64,000 bases of DNA. Origin: a virus (lineage: Duplodnaviria > Caudoviricetes). Positions 47,041 to 56,127 of this stretch are shown piece by piece (position 1 is the stretch's first letter; each line of letters opens with the position of its first letter). Below the pieces are notes generated by a model. It made no database searches. It was not told the DNA's origin and was given only the letters and a program-made list of their open reading frames with translations. The stretch is taken from the IMG/VR virus record IMGVR_UViG_3300009868_000002, positions 39,556 to 103,555 of that record. The stretch is one strand, 5' to 3'. Both the position numbers and the translations under genes were made by a program.

Positions 47041-48055
47041 AATATTAGCCTTGACGATGTATCTGGAAATTCAAATTCTGCTGAGTTATTCCATTGCTGT
47101 ATTATGTACGATACTTTGCTATCGGGAGTTGCTGAAAAGTCTAAATTGAGTAAGTGACAGTTTCTTCCTATTGCATTAATGAAGTATAGTTTCATAGTAA
47201 TAGCCTTGAGGATTCGATAGATATATCAGTTTCAGATTGCCAATCAAGCGAAACAAAGTATCCATATAGCCTGTACGAGCAGTATTTGTTATGTGCTATA
47301 CCATATAGCAGTTTCATAGTATAAGTCTTGTTGAGGTGTCCTCGCATCTAAAACTAGTAGTAAGCTCATACCAAGTATCTACACAAAACGTAGGATATCG
47401 CTCATAGAAGCAGCTTCCTAAAGCGCATATGATGAATAGTTTCATAGTATTAGCCTTATACTTCTTGAGCGAAAGATTGATTGTGTTGATGGATATACGA
47501 CAACCCTGACACACATTTGCGTGGAGTCATGTACATAGTTATATCCATGTCTGATGCAGGTGTAGATTCTCATAGTATAAGTCTTATAGTTTCGCTGTGG
47601 TCATCTATTGTCATAGGAAATACGCCAAAGTATCCATGCAGCTTATATTTATAGAGAGTACAGCTGTGTTCGACGGCAAGTATAAGTTTCATAGTATAAG
47701 TCTTGAGCATCTAGGAAAGAGAGAGAATGAAAGTGGTGCTGAAATAGCCATCAGGGGATTGTACCAAGGTTTGCTGCCTGCACCCAGCCCTATAAATGTA
47801 CCAGATAGTTTCATAGTATAAGTCTTGAGGATTCGGCAGATACATCAGCTTCAGATTGCCAATCGAGTGCAACGAAGTATCCATAAAGTCTGTGCCTGGT
47901 ATTCCAGGTATGTGCTACACCGTATATTAGTTTCATAGTATTAGTCTTGCTGATTTACCTTTAGCTTGAACTGCGCAAGATAGGGTTAGCTGTCGAAGCT
48001 GTGCTAGATAGCCACATCCATATAACCTCCAAAACATAGTTGTGTAGATTTTCAT
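47037..48055 (-). CDS. RLIL mini-ORF array F: 8 coupled ORFs
   Basis: 47933-48055, 47811-47936, 47689-47814, 47570-47692, 47442-47573, 47314-47445, 47192-47317, 47037-47195; seven end RLIL and one RLLL; the last stop overlaps the polA ATG. Confidence 0.88.
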
Positions 48056-48251
48056 AGTAGCAAATTTAAAGTAGGCAGCGAACCCCTCGCGCTCGCTGCC
48101 CTTCCCCATCAATCAGACAAACAAACGGATAGAAATAGCTAGTACCGGCGGGGAGATGCCTAGCCCTCCAATAATTCCTGACCTGTCAAGTACCCTACTT
48201 AGAAAGTGGTAGTAGTATGCAGTATTATGTCGAAGTCTCATTGCTTTAGGT

Positions 48252-48596
48252 TTATCCTATTCTTACTACGCATAGATAAGTACTACCTACGTAGCCTTCG
48301 TAGAATGTCACAGGAAGTCTATTAGAGATAAGTGCTGCTCGGTACATTAGTGCTTTTAACCAACCCTCTCTGTCATCGTCTATTAAGGAGTCTCTTACTG
48401 TTAAGTACGTAATACCTTTGTATGTAAACTGACAGATGTTTTGAGATGAATGTATCCACCTGAATTCTTTGTTGTTAAGAAATGCTGGCGGAGAAGGTAT
48501 CTTTTCAATATCTGTTTTGCTAATTATTTCTTCAGGTACATACTCTACAAGCATATCTCCATCCCAAAGCTGGAAAGCTGGACTTTTCGTTTCCAT
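48252..48596 (-). CDS. Hypothetical protein
   Basis: 114-aa ORF. Confidence 0.55.
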   Translation of the reverse strand: METKSPAFQLWDGDMLVEYVPEEIISKTDIEKIPSPPAFLNNKEFRWIHSSQNICQFTYKGITYLTVRDSLIDDDREGWLKALMYRAALISNRLPVTFYEGYVGSTYLCVVRIG

Positions 48597-48611
48597 TTCT
48601 TTACAAATTTG

Positions 48612-48866
48612 TCAATTTCCAGAAAAGTATGCCAAGCTATCAGCCTGGTACAGCTCCTGCATGGTAGCATCCGCGTTATCAGGTATCTGTGTACCCTTCA
48701 CCCATCCTGCTTTAAATGCCTGCTCCTCTTTCGCTTGTGCTTTGGCACTAGCATTATAATGCCATTCAGCACGCTTTTTGCCTGCGTAATTACCGCACAT
48801 CCCTGCCAGCACAATGAGGCTGATGAGCAGGAATGAAATCCTTTTCATGTCGTTTATGGAAATCAT
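48612..48866 (-). CDS. Small membrane-anchored protein
   Basis: N-terminal hydrophobic helix. Confidence 0.55.
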   Translation of the reverse strand: MISINDMKRISFLLISLIVLAGMCGNYAGKKRAEWHYNASAKAQAKEEQAFKAGWVKGTQIPDNADATMQELYQADSLAYFSGN

Positions 48867-48869
48867 CGT

Positions 48870-49358
48870 TTAAGGTTTATAGCAAAATAGGTGGTCGCCT
48901 ATCTGCTTGTAAGCAAATTGTGAAATGTATTGCACCCATTTGGTGTCAGTACTGATGACTGGATTGTGAAAATATAGCACATTCTCCGGTAGAATATGCT
49001 TGCCTAGTATTGCCAGCCGTGCTGCTTCCTTACAGCTTTCACTAGGTTCTCTGAAGAAATTCTTGGAGTAGATGCCATCAAACCGTCCCTTGTCATAGAT
49101 AGTCCTGGTGATGCTCCATCCCTTGTCGTTTGCTGTATGTAAGACGACGTCTGCCACAGCGTGTTGCCCATCGAAGGGCTGATTTCCAGACTCTGCTGCT
49201 ACCAGTCTTGCCAGCAGTAGCCATTCTTTTCTTAACTGTAAAGGCACTTCCCTCTTTGCAGTGACAATCACTTCAGGAAGCGATGCCTTATACAGGGTTT
49301 CAGGGTGATTGTAGGAAGTGCTCAGAAATACGATTGTTAACAGTTGCCATGTTCTCAT
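48870..49358 (-). CDS. Cell wall hydrolase, SleB/Hydrolase_2 family
   Basis: LARLVAAESGNQPFDGQHAVADVV, LYFHNP, IGDHLF. Confidence 0.85.
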   Translation of the reverse strand: MRTWQLLTIVFLSTSYNHPETLYKASLPEVIVTAKREVPLQLRKEWLLLARLVAAESGNQPFDGQHAVADVVLHTANDKGWSITRTIYDKGRFDGIYSKNFFREPSESCKEAARLAILGKHILPENVLYFHNPVISTDTKWVQYISQFAYKQIGDHLFCYKP

Positions 49359-49381
49359 AAAATGTTAGCTAGTGAGAAAAT

Positions 49382-49415
49382 AGAAGGGTGCCAGCCCTTA
49401 GACTAGCACCCTTCT
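49382..49415. terminator. Terminator-like hairpin
   Basis: agaagggtgc/gcacccttct stem. Confidence 0.55.
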
Positions 49416-49423
49416 TTGTCGGA

Positions 49424-50074
49424 CTAGAAGCCCAGCTTTTCGAGCGATGCGACTTCTTGTACAGCAGGAGCTTCGGCAGTTGCCTTAGCAGCAGGCTGTT
49501 GCAGGCTCGGATTCACCGTCTTGTGGCCGCTGAAGAGGAACTTCACGGAAGTTCCTTCTTCCAGCCAGGTGTGCTGGTAAACCGGCTTGCCATCAAATTC
49601 CACGACGTTGGTGCCGTCCGGTGCCTGTACGGGCTCCTGGGGAGACAGCGTGCGTTCGTTGGCAACGGTGCACCTTTCGATGCAGGCAGCTACGTCGACG
49701 CCGTACAGGTCGGTAGCGGAGATGATTTCATCGGTACCCGTAAAATCCATGGCGTTGTCGCGGCTGGAATCCATCAGGCTGGTGAGGAACTTGTCGGAGA
49801 AGCTGTAGCGGTCGCACAGCGTATCCAGGTTCCAGCTTGCCAATACGGTAAAGTTGAAAGCCCCATCGGGAATGCCGCTGGCGATGCGCACCAAAGCGTT
49901 ACCCGTCTTTGCGCGGTCGCTGGTGAAGAATTCCTTTGGGATGTCCTTGCGATTCGTCCTTCCTGCGAATTGGATGGTAATCTTGTTCTGTTTCGCATTG
50001 GGGTTGTACCACATTTTGCGGACAATCAGTTGCCCTTGTTCCAGGGCGGCGTCGAAAGCTTTCGAGTTAGACAT
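49424..50074 (-). CDS. Putative ssDNA-binding or other highly expressed phage protein
   Basis: 216 aa, strong C-ending codon bias, DGKPVYQHT motif, Ala/Pro/Glu tail ending in F. Confidence 0.45.
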   Translation of the reverse strand: MSNSKAFDAALEQGQLIVRKMWYNPNAKQNKITIQFAGRTNRKDIPKEFFTSDRAKTGNALVRIASGIPDGAFNFTVLASWNLDTLCDRYSFSDKFLTSLMDSSRDNAMDFTGTDEIISATDLYGVDVAACIERCTVANERTLSPQEPVQAPDGTNVVEFDGKPVYQHTWLEEGTSVKFLFSGHKTVNPSLQQPAAKATAEAPAVQEVASLEKLGF

Positions 50075-50125
50075 AAGAAAACAAATTTAAGAAGTTAAAA
50101 AATGTAAAACAATAAAACAAGGCAC

Positions 50126-50479
50126 TCACGTTAGTGCCATCGGCATGCGTGAGTGCACTCTTTTAACGATGTTGTTGGCATTGGTGGTGACAATCAATAC
50201 GTTGTCACCTACCATGATGCCCTTGGCAACGATAGGTGTATCGAAATACACCCAGCTGCCGTCCTTTGCACGCTCGTAGAAGCCATCCAGTTCGATGCTT
50301 ACCCTCTCCCTCCTGTTCCCCCACGTCTCGACTAGCTCTTCTTCGCGAGCATTTGAAATACGCTGGCCTCGGGAGATAAACCCCCACTCATGTTGTCGGT
50401 AAGTACCATCAGCATGAAGTACGGTAAGCACCATTCCTGGCCTGACTTCTGCGCGTGCCTGTCTTACTTGGCCGCACAT
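50126..50479 (-). CDS. SRAP (HMCES/YedK-like) abasic-site protein, minimal form
   Basis: N-terminal MCG, NAR.E, GFYE, TT.AN..V..VHSRMP. Confidence 0.8.
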   Translation of the reverse strand: MCGQVRQARAEVRPGMVLTVLHADGTYRQHEWGFISRGQRISNAREEELVETWGNRRERVSIELDGFYERAKDGSWVYFDTPIVAKGIMVGDNVLIVTTNANNIVKRVHSRMPMALT

Positions 50480-50509
50480 GGTCATTTAGGTTTGGTTGTT
50501 AATAAATAG

Positions 50510-50839
50510 TTACTTCTTTTGCACTTCCACCGTCACGGTATTACCGTAGACGACGGTGCCGGTAAGAGATACCGGGTAAGGAAAGGATACAGTGAATGTC
50601 TGCTTGGTGTCTGGCGTAGCATAGATTACTGCGTTTTTAGGCTTTTCACCTGCTTCGACGATGGGTTTATCGTCAACGACTTTGATGGTGAGCCTTCCCG
50701 TTTTGATGCGCCACAGCACATTATACACTGCAGCTGGCGTACGATTGAGCTGCCTGCCTATAACGGACAAGCTTTTGTGAGAGTCCCAGAGCCTCTTGGC
50801 TTCGTAAATATCCTGGGTTGTCCAGCGTCGCTTTTTCAT
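50510..50839 (-). CDS. HTH DNA-binding protein
   Basis: WT...LW..KSLSVIGRQLNRTPAAV. Confidence 0.65.
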   Translation of the reverse strand: MKKRRWTTQDIYEAKRLWDSHKSLSVIGRQLNRTPAAVYNVLWRIKTGRLTIKVVDDKPIVEAGEKPKNAVIYATPDTKQTFTVSFPYPVSLTGTVVYGNTVTVEVQKK

Positions 50840-50855
50840 TGCGATTGATTTGAGT

Positions 50856-51182
50856 TTAGTTATTTAATTTCTTAGGCCATCTAATAAATTCAACTGCATC
50901 AGGATTTCCATTTTCGTCTTCAAGTATGCGATATTCCATTATATCTAGGCGTAGGTAGCATCCTTCTGGCGTATCTTCAGCGATACAACAGCCATCTCCA
51001 TAAGAGCCCCCATTTACTATTTCAGCAGCTTCCTTGTAGCTTTCTTCAATAGTAAGAAGCATACGCTCATAGTCTTCATCGATGTCGTTCATATCAACTT
51101 TAGTAACAACACCATCTTCAACTTTGATGAGGTTTTTATCGAACGCTAAAGCCATAGCACGGCTATCAAAAACCATCCACAT
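50856..51182 (-). CDS. Hypothetical protein
   Basis: 108-aa acidic ORF. Confidence 0.55.
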   Translation of the reverse strand: MWMVFDSRAMALAFDKNLIKVEDGVVTKVDMNDIDEDYERMLLTIEESYKEAAEIVNGGSYGDGCCIAEDTPEGCYLRLDIMEYRILEDENGNPDAVEFIRWPKKLNN

Positions 51183-51188
51183 ATTAGA

Positions 51189-52451
51189 TTATTTTATTAA
51201 ACATTCTACTTCCGATACGTTAAAGACAGGACACAGATGCTGTACCGATGCACGCTCCGAGAAGCTGTCATCGATAAATATCGCCCTGCCTGTAACAAAG
51301 TCTGCTTTACTCTTATCAGGCGGTACGGCGATGCCTCTGTTGAAGATACCACCTAGCCTATACTGCTGTAGTTTTTCTATCGGCGCGCCATTGCGCGTTA
51401 ACAATACCAGCTCCTTGCCTTCGTTGATACATTGATACAGGAAGGAAACCAACTGGGTATTCACTCTATCGCGTACGATGAGGGTATCGTCCAGGTCTAC
51501 ATATACTATATCGTATTCGACGTCGGTATGGAATCGGCTGGCAATATACCTATCCATACGGATGTTGAAGGTGTTGGGCTTGATTTCTACGTCCATACCT
51601 AGCCTGGTATAGACGGATAGCAGTCCGAAGTTTACTCCCAGGTTGCGGTGCAGCGCCATGCTGCCAGCGATACGTGGTGCTATCTCCATAAGGGTGAGCA
51701 CCCCTTTCTTGCTGCGCTTAAGCTGGAAAAACCATGCTCCCCACAGTTCCAGAGTAGCATTAATCTTTTCAGCGTACTCCCAGAATACAGGATTATCTAC
51801 AGTAAAGGTGTCGCTGGAGATGCCATTGAGGATGCGATTGCGGCGTCTGCCTTTGGCAAAGCGCAACTCCCCTGCTGCATCGGTAAAGCAGTCGATAGTA
51901 TATTCTTCCCCGGGTAGATATTCCAGTACCAGATAGTCCCAGTCAGCGCCATCAGAAGTACGATACGTTAAGTCTTCTTCGTTGTGTGCAATGAAGGTTC
52001 CCTTACTTCCCTGTCCTTTGTCAGGCTTGAGAAATACAGGAAACTCCTGCACGCTGAAGTCGTATACCTGTGGTACTGGAATGATGTCTTGCATCTTCTC
52101 GTAGGTAAGCCGCTTGCTACGGCATATTGTTGCCGTTTCTGCTGCAGAGCCTATTACCTTGGCGTAGATATCAGCGTGGTTATTTGCCAGCACGTCACAC
52201 ACGTCATCGTGTGCAGGAAATATCATGTCGATATGATATTTCTGAATGTAATCATTAAGCCTTTCGATAAAGTCAGGAGATTTCACGTAGGGTAGCTCCT
52301 CGGTGTAGTTTTCAAAGACATACTTACCGGGATTGCTAGGCTCCGTAGAGTCACCGAAGAGGGTAATATCCTTGGCATATTTCAGGCTGCGGTGTATCTC
52401 CAGGGCTATCTCCGAGCCACAGGGAAACACTAGAATGTTCTGGTTTTTCAT
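51189..52451 (-). CDS. ATP-grasp enzyme fused to a C-terminal HAD-like domain
   Basis: FLKPDKGQGSKG, EYLPGEEYTID, EIAPRIAG; HAD motifs DLDDTL, LLTR, FIDDS. Confidence 0.8.
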   Translation of the reverse strand: MKNQNILVFPCGSEIALEIHRSLKYAKDITLFGDSTEPSNPGKYVFENYTEELPYVKSPDFIERLNDYIQKYHIDMIFPAHDDVCDVLANNHADIYAKVIGSAAETATICRSKRLTYEKMQDIIPVPQVYDFSVQEFPVFLKPDKGQGSKGTFIAHNEEDLTYRTSDGADWDYLVLEYLPGEEYTIDCFTDAAGELRFAKGRRRNRILNGISSDTFTVDNPVFWEYAEKINATLELWGAWFFQLKRSKKGVLTLMEIAPRIAGSMALHRNLGVNFGLLSVYTRLGMDVEIKPNTFNIRMDRYIASRFHTDVEYDIVYVDLDDTLIVRDRVNTQLVSFLYQCINEGKELVLLTRNGAPIEKLQQYRLGGIFNRGIAVPPDKSKADFVTGRAIFIDDSFSERASVQHLCPVFNVSEVECLIK

Positions 52452-53008
52452 TTGATGATGTATGCTGTTCTATTGAAAAGGATTCTGTCTGCTCCAAAGA
52501 ATTCGTCTACCGCTTTCTTGGCACCTGGGCAACAAGGACTGCCATAGTCATCGAATACAATGATACCTCCCTCTACCAGCTTTGGATACAAGAGGTCCAG
52601 ACACTGCTGGTAGGACTGGTAGTTATCGACATCCAGATGGATGAAACGAAATGTTTCATCTTCGACGTACTTACCAGTTTGGGTTGGAAAGATGCCCTTA
52701 TGCACAGATACGTTAGGAAATACTGCAAACATGTCTTTAATATGCTCGTAGCTGGCATCTTTAAAGCTGCCTACTTTCCACTCCTTATCCACTCCTTCTG
52801 TGTAGTTAGGCATACCCTCGAAGGTATCAAATAGGTAGAGCCTATCAGTAGTGTGCTGCGCCAGCAGCAGGGCAGAGCCTCCCATGTAGACACCGACTTC
52901 TATTACAGCACCTGACAGGTTATCAGTAGTGTGCAGCAGCTCTACCAGCTTGTTAAGCTTGGCTTGCTCAATGAGGGATTGGCCTTCAGTGATTCCGAAC
53001 TGATTCAT
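52448..53008 (-). CDS. TylF/MycF-family O-methyltransferase
   Basis: IEVGVYMGGS, FDTFEGMP, IHLDVD.Y, GGIIVFDDY. Confidence 0.85.
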   Translation of the reverse strand: MNQFGITEGQSLIEQAKLNKLVELLHTTDNLSGAVIEVGVYMGGSALLLAQHTTDRLYLFDTFEGMPNYTEGVDKEWKVGSFKDASYEHIKDMFAVFPNVSVHKGIFPTQTGKYVEDETFRFIHLDVDNYQSYQQCLDLLYPKLVEGGIIVFDDYGSPCCPGAKKAVDEFFGADRILFNRTAYIIK

Positions 53009-53631
53009 ACTGTGAATGGTTTAAAGGCTGGCTGGATGCTCAAATCTAAGTACTTCAGCGTAATATCAAGGTTATCGTCAGGCAGTGCTGCCAGTAGTTT
53101 TAATCCACTGGCTGCTACCTCTGGGATAAGGTACATCCTATAGCCTACTTCGGTGAGTGTATCAATAAGGTAATCTATCTCGTTACGTCCACTGAATCGC
53201 ATTTTTCTTGCCCACTGATACAATTCCTCGCTATCGGTAAGAATTGCTCCTCCTGTGGCAAGCTTGAGGTGCTTACGGGCGTTAAATGACACACATTGAA
53301 TACGTCCTGGTACGTACATCCCCTTACGGAATGTCAGGGCGCTATCCCAAACTCTGGTACCTCCCAGATTGTACTCCCCTGTTAGATACTCCGATGAAGG
53401 AAGGAAGTGCACACGTAAAGAGTTGTGTATAATCTCACACGGTACACTGGGATAGGTATGAGAGGGAATAGATACAACGTATCCAATCGGTATTTCTTCC
53501 TGCTTTACGCACCACTTTAGTGCTAGGAAGATGGCGTTGCTGCAGCACTGTAAAGTCACTACATAGGGTGCCCCTGTGTATCTGGAAAGCTGCAGCTCAA
53601 ATTCGTTGTTAATATCGTATACGTTTCTCAT
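53005..53631 (-). CDS. DegT/DnrJ/EryC1/StrS-family PLP aminotransferase (short form)
   Basis: FE..L..Y.G, WDSA, SFNARKHL..GGAILT. Confidence 0.8.
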   Translation of the reverse strand: MRNVYDINNEFELQLSRYTGAPYVVTLQCCSNAIFLALKWCVKQEEIPIGYVVSIPSHTYPSVPCEIIHNSLRVHFLPSSEYLTGEYNLGGTRVWDSALTFRKGMYVPGRIQCVSFNARKHLKLATGGAILTDSEELYQWARKMRFSGRNEIDYLIDTLTEVGYRMYLIPEVAASGLKLLAALPDDNLDITLKYLDLSIQPAFKPFTV

Positions 53632-54202
53632 TAGTAGAGTAGTCTTGTAGATAAAGAAGAAAACCTGGAGGTTTTCGTAAGTCTATAATATAGAATTCCT
53701 TCTTTCGATCTTGTTAAAAAATCATGCGAGGAGTTACGATAGCACCATATTCCAAAACATGAAGGTCCTTGTAGTTTCATAGTACGAATCTTAGTGAGGT
53801 ATCAAATCCAAACATTTCGGCATGCTGTGGAATATTATACAGCCAAATAAGAGTTTTTGTACTCATCAATCCCCAGCAATCTATATCATCGTTAAAAGAG
53901 AGCCTCATAGTACAAGTCTTATCGATGTGTCGTGTAAGAATGATACTGCATACATCTGCACATTAGTTAGCTGCCAATTAGCTAAGCCCCAGCAGTCTAT
54001 GCTACATGCCTTTTTATAGTAGAAATTTATCTTCATAGCTAAAGTATTTGCCGTATTACAATGTTAAGCGTATAGAGCGATTGTCAGCCCATTGAGATGG
54101 AAGAAGTATTCCTCCTTTGTTGTCTCTAATCCATCGCACATACAGCTCCAGAGCATGCGCAAAAGTCACTTCGCCAAAGTTTGGCAGCAATCGTAGCTTC
54201 AT
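53631..54202 (-). CDS. RLIL mini-ORF array G: 4 ORFs
   Basis: 54056-54202 (..SIRLTL), 53905-54036 (..SIRLVL), 53777-53908 (..SLRFVL), 53631-53780 (..STRLLY). Confidence 0.82.
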
Positions 54203-54996
54203 CCTATTGTAGGTTTGTCATTAACGTCAAAATAGTAGCTATCTCCCTGTAGTATTGCTCTTCCATGTTCAGCGTATCTGCCTAAGTATTTCCCCGCCAT
54301 CTTTGCCTTCTCTTCTTGATACAGTGTACCACCAGTATCGATGTGGTCGATATTGATAGTAGGCAAAAAGGCATTGCGGAATCCTGCAGCATGGCTGCGC
54401 GTGCAGTACAAACTGTCTTCAAAGCCATAGACGTCAAATTGGTAGAAGCCGCCAATTCTGTCAATAAGCCTTCTGTTATACAGCACACATGTTCCCATGA
54501 TGTGCTTGGCGAATTCGACAAAGTACCAGGGCTCTCCAGCTTTATGTGGTACCATTACCAGCTGACTGCGGAAGTTGGCGTCAGGATGGCTAGGGTTCTC
54601 CCAGCAGTCCTTACGCTTACATCCTAAAATTCCTATCTCCGGCATCTTCTCCATTGCAAACTCCAGCATCTCTATCCAGCCAGGGGTGTTGACGATGACG
54701 TCGTTGTCAATCTTCAGCAGATGCTGCTCAGGCTCCAGTCGTTTAATGCCTTCGTTGAGTCCACCAGCAGTACCCAGGTTTTCTTCCAGCCTTACCAGTG
54801 TAACGTGACTCCACTGTTTTGTCCATTGTTGCAGCAGTTGTGCTGTTTCAGGAAAGCTGGCATTATCAACAATAACCATAGGTTGTCCTGCATCAGCTTC
54901 CCTTTCCAGTCCTTTTAAGGTAGCCTTGGTGTATTTCAGCCTATCGTTTTCTGCTGTATCGTACACACACATACAGAGTAGTACTTTCTTACTCAT
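54199..54996 (-). CDS. Glycosyltransferase family 2
   Basis: IVDNAS, ENLGTAGGLN, KIDND, YGFED. Confidence 0.85.
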   Translation of the reverse strand: MSKKVLLCMCVYDTAENDRLKYTKATLKGLEREADAGQPMVIVDNASFPETAQLLQQWTKQWSHVTLVRLEENLGTAGGLNEGIKRLEPEQHLLKIDNDVIVNTPGWIEMLEFAMEKMPEIGILGCKRKDCWENPSHPDANFRSQLVMVPHKAGEPWYFVEFAKHIMGTCVLYNRRLIDRIGGFYQFDVYGFEDSLYCTRSHAAGFRNAFLPTINIDHIDTGGTLYQEEKAKMAGKYLGRYAEHGRAILQGDSYYFDVNDKPTIG

Positions 54997-55171
54997 GTTT
55001 TTTCAGTTTAGCTGTTTTCTTTTTCAGCTTTCGCTTTACAAAGAAAGCAATAATCTTAAATTCCCAAGAAGGTATAATGTAGCCTAAAGTAATGATCTTT
55101 ACTAGGGCTTCGGCTAAAGCTATCCACGCTGTTAGCCATACTTCCAGAGTATTCCATGTATAAGCTCTCAT
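54989..55171 (-). CDS. Small membrane protein
   Basis: 60 aa, hydrophobic core and basic tail. Confidence 0.5.
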   Translation of the reverse strand: MRAYTWNTLEVWLTAWIALAEALVKIITLGYIIPSWEFKIIAFFVKRKLKKKTAKLKKHE

Positions 55172-55249
55172 AGCTTAGTTTAAGGTGAAGGCACAGCTTA
55201 CACTGTACCTTCAATTAGTAGTAAAGTAATATGATGTAGTTTCATCACC

Positions 55250-55975
55250 TCAGCTTTGTGCCACCATCAGCTTCACGAACTGCTCTCCTGTCAGCGGATA
55301 CGGCGTGCAAGGCTCACTCTTTCCACCAGGGTCATCCTTACGGCTTCTCCTAAAGATGAAGATGTCACCTTGGCGATACATACTCTTGGGATTCGTAATG
55401 GGGCAGAACGTTAGCGACGCCAGTGCATTAAGTGCGCTGTACTTTCCGGGCTGGCAGTGTGGTGACTGTGCTGTAGGACTGCTGACATTGATGTAAAAGA
55501 CATGGCCCGTAGTAGGACACACCACCTTTACAGCGTAGATGTAATCGTTACCTGTATTCCTACGACGGGATGCTTCGGGGAATAACTTACTAGCATGTAC
55601 GCGTACTAGGTGATACACATTTTCTAATGTGCCATCTTCCAATAGTATGCCTTCCCTATTCCATACTTTCTGCTTGGTAATTATCTTGCAGGTATCGACG
55701 ACTTCAGCGTCATCGTACACCAAGTACTGTAGACGTAAGTACTCTAAGATACCCCTACGCTTTTCCAGCGAAGGCTCTTTGAGTACATCGGCCAATGTCA
55801 GTGGCTGGATGTTATCCCATTGCTCGACGAGAAACTCGTCGTTCTTCAGCGGCGGATAGTCTTTTAGCATGTCGTCAAGTCCATCCGTCAAGTACTTCGT
55901 CTTGAGGATACGTACCGACGTGGTATAGTCGATGACGTATCTATCTTTTACGATTTTAAAAGTTCCTGTTGCCAT
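55250..55975 (-). CDS. DUF6745-like protein with C-terminal RQGD motif
   Basis: LEKRR, VKVVCPTTGHVFYINV, YRQGDIF. Confidence 0.55.
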   Translation of the reverse strand: MATGTFKIVKDRYVIDYTTSVRILKTKYLTDGLDDMLKDYPPLKNDEFLVEQWDNIQPLTLADVLKEPSLEKRRGILEYLRLQYLVYDDAEVVDTCKIITKQKVWNREGILLEDGTLENVYHLVRVHASKLFPEASRRRNTGNDYIYAVKVVCPTTGHVFYINVSSPTAQSPHCQPGKYSALNALASLTFCPITNPKSMYRQGDIFIFRRSRKDDPGGKSEPCTPYPLTGEQFVKLMVAQS

Positions 55976-55984
55976 AATTGAGAG

Positions 55985-56125
55985 TTAGTAAATGAGGCGA
56001 AAGTTGAGATCGCTGCCTTGATTTCGTGTTGGATAGATGAAGTGGTATGCAGAGCAGCAGCCCGGTATAATACTACCCCAGCCACCGCCGTAGAGTATTC
56101 GGTTGTCGTTCCAGTGTAGTTTCAT
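55985..56125 (-). CDS. 46-aa diverged FGE C-terminal (VR-like) peptide
   Basis: MKLHWNDNRILYGGGWGSIIPGCCSAYHFIYPTRNQGSDLNFRLIY; ungapped 17/46 identity to 56128..56268. Confidence 0.8.
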   Translation of the reverse strand: MKLHWNDNRILYGGGWGSIIPGCCSAYHFIYPTRNQGSDLNFRLIY

Positions 56126-56127
56126 TG

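Noticed and set aside
47037-48055. tcatagtattagtctt repeats as a CRISPR array
   Set aside because: The repeats are short, degenerate and non-palindromic; the intervening segments are ~100-165 nt open reading frames with 3n+2 periodicity; no cas operon is present.
55985-56125. Second FGE-like segment as the DGR template region
   Set aside because: It is not AAC-rich, differs from 56128-56268 at many non-A positions, and has its own start and stop.
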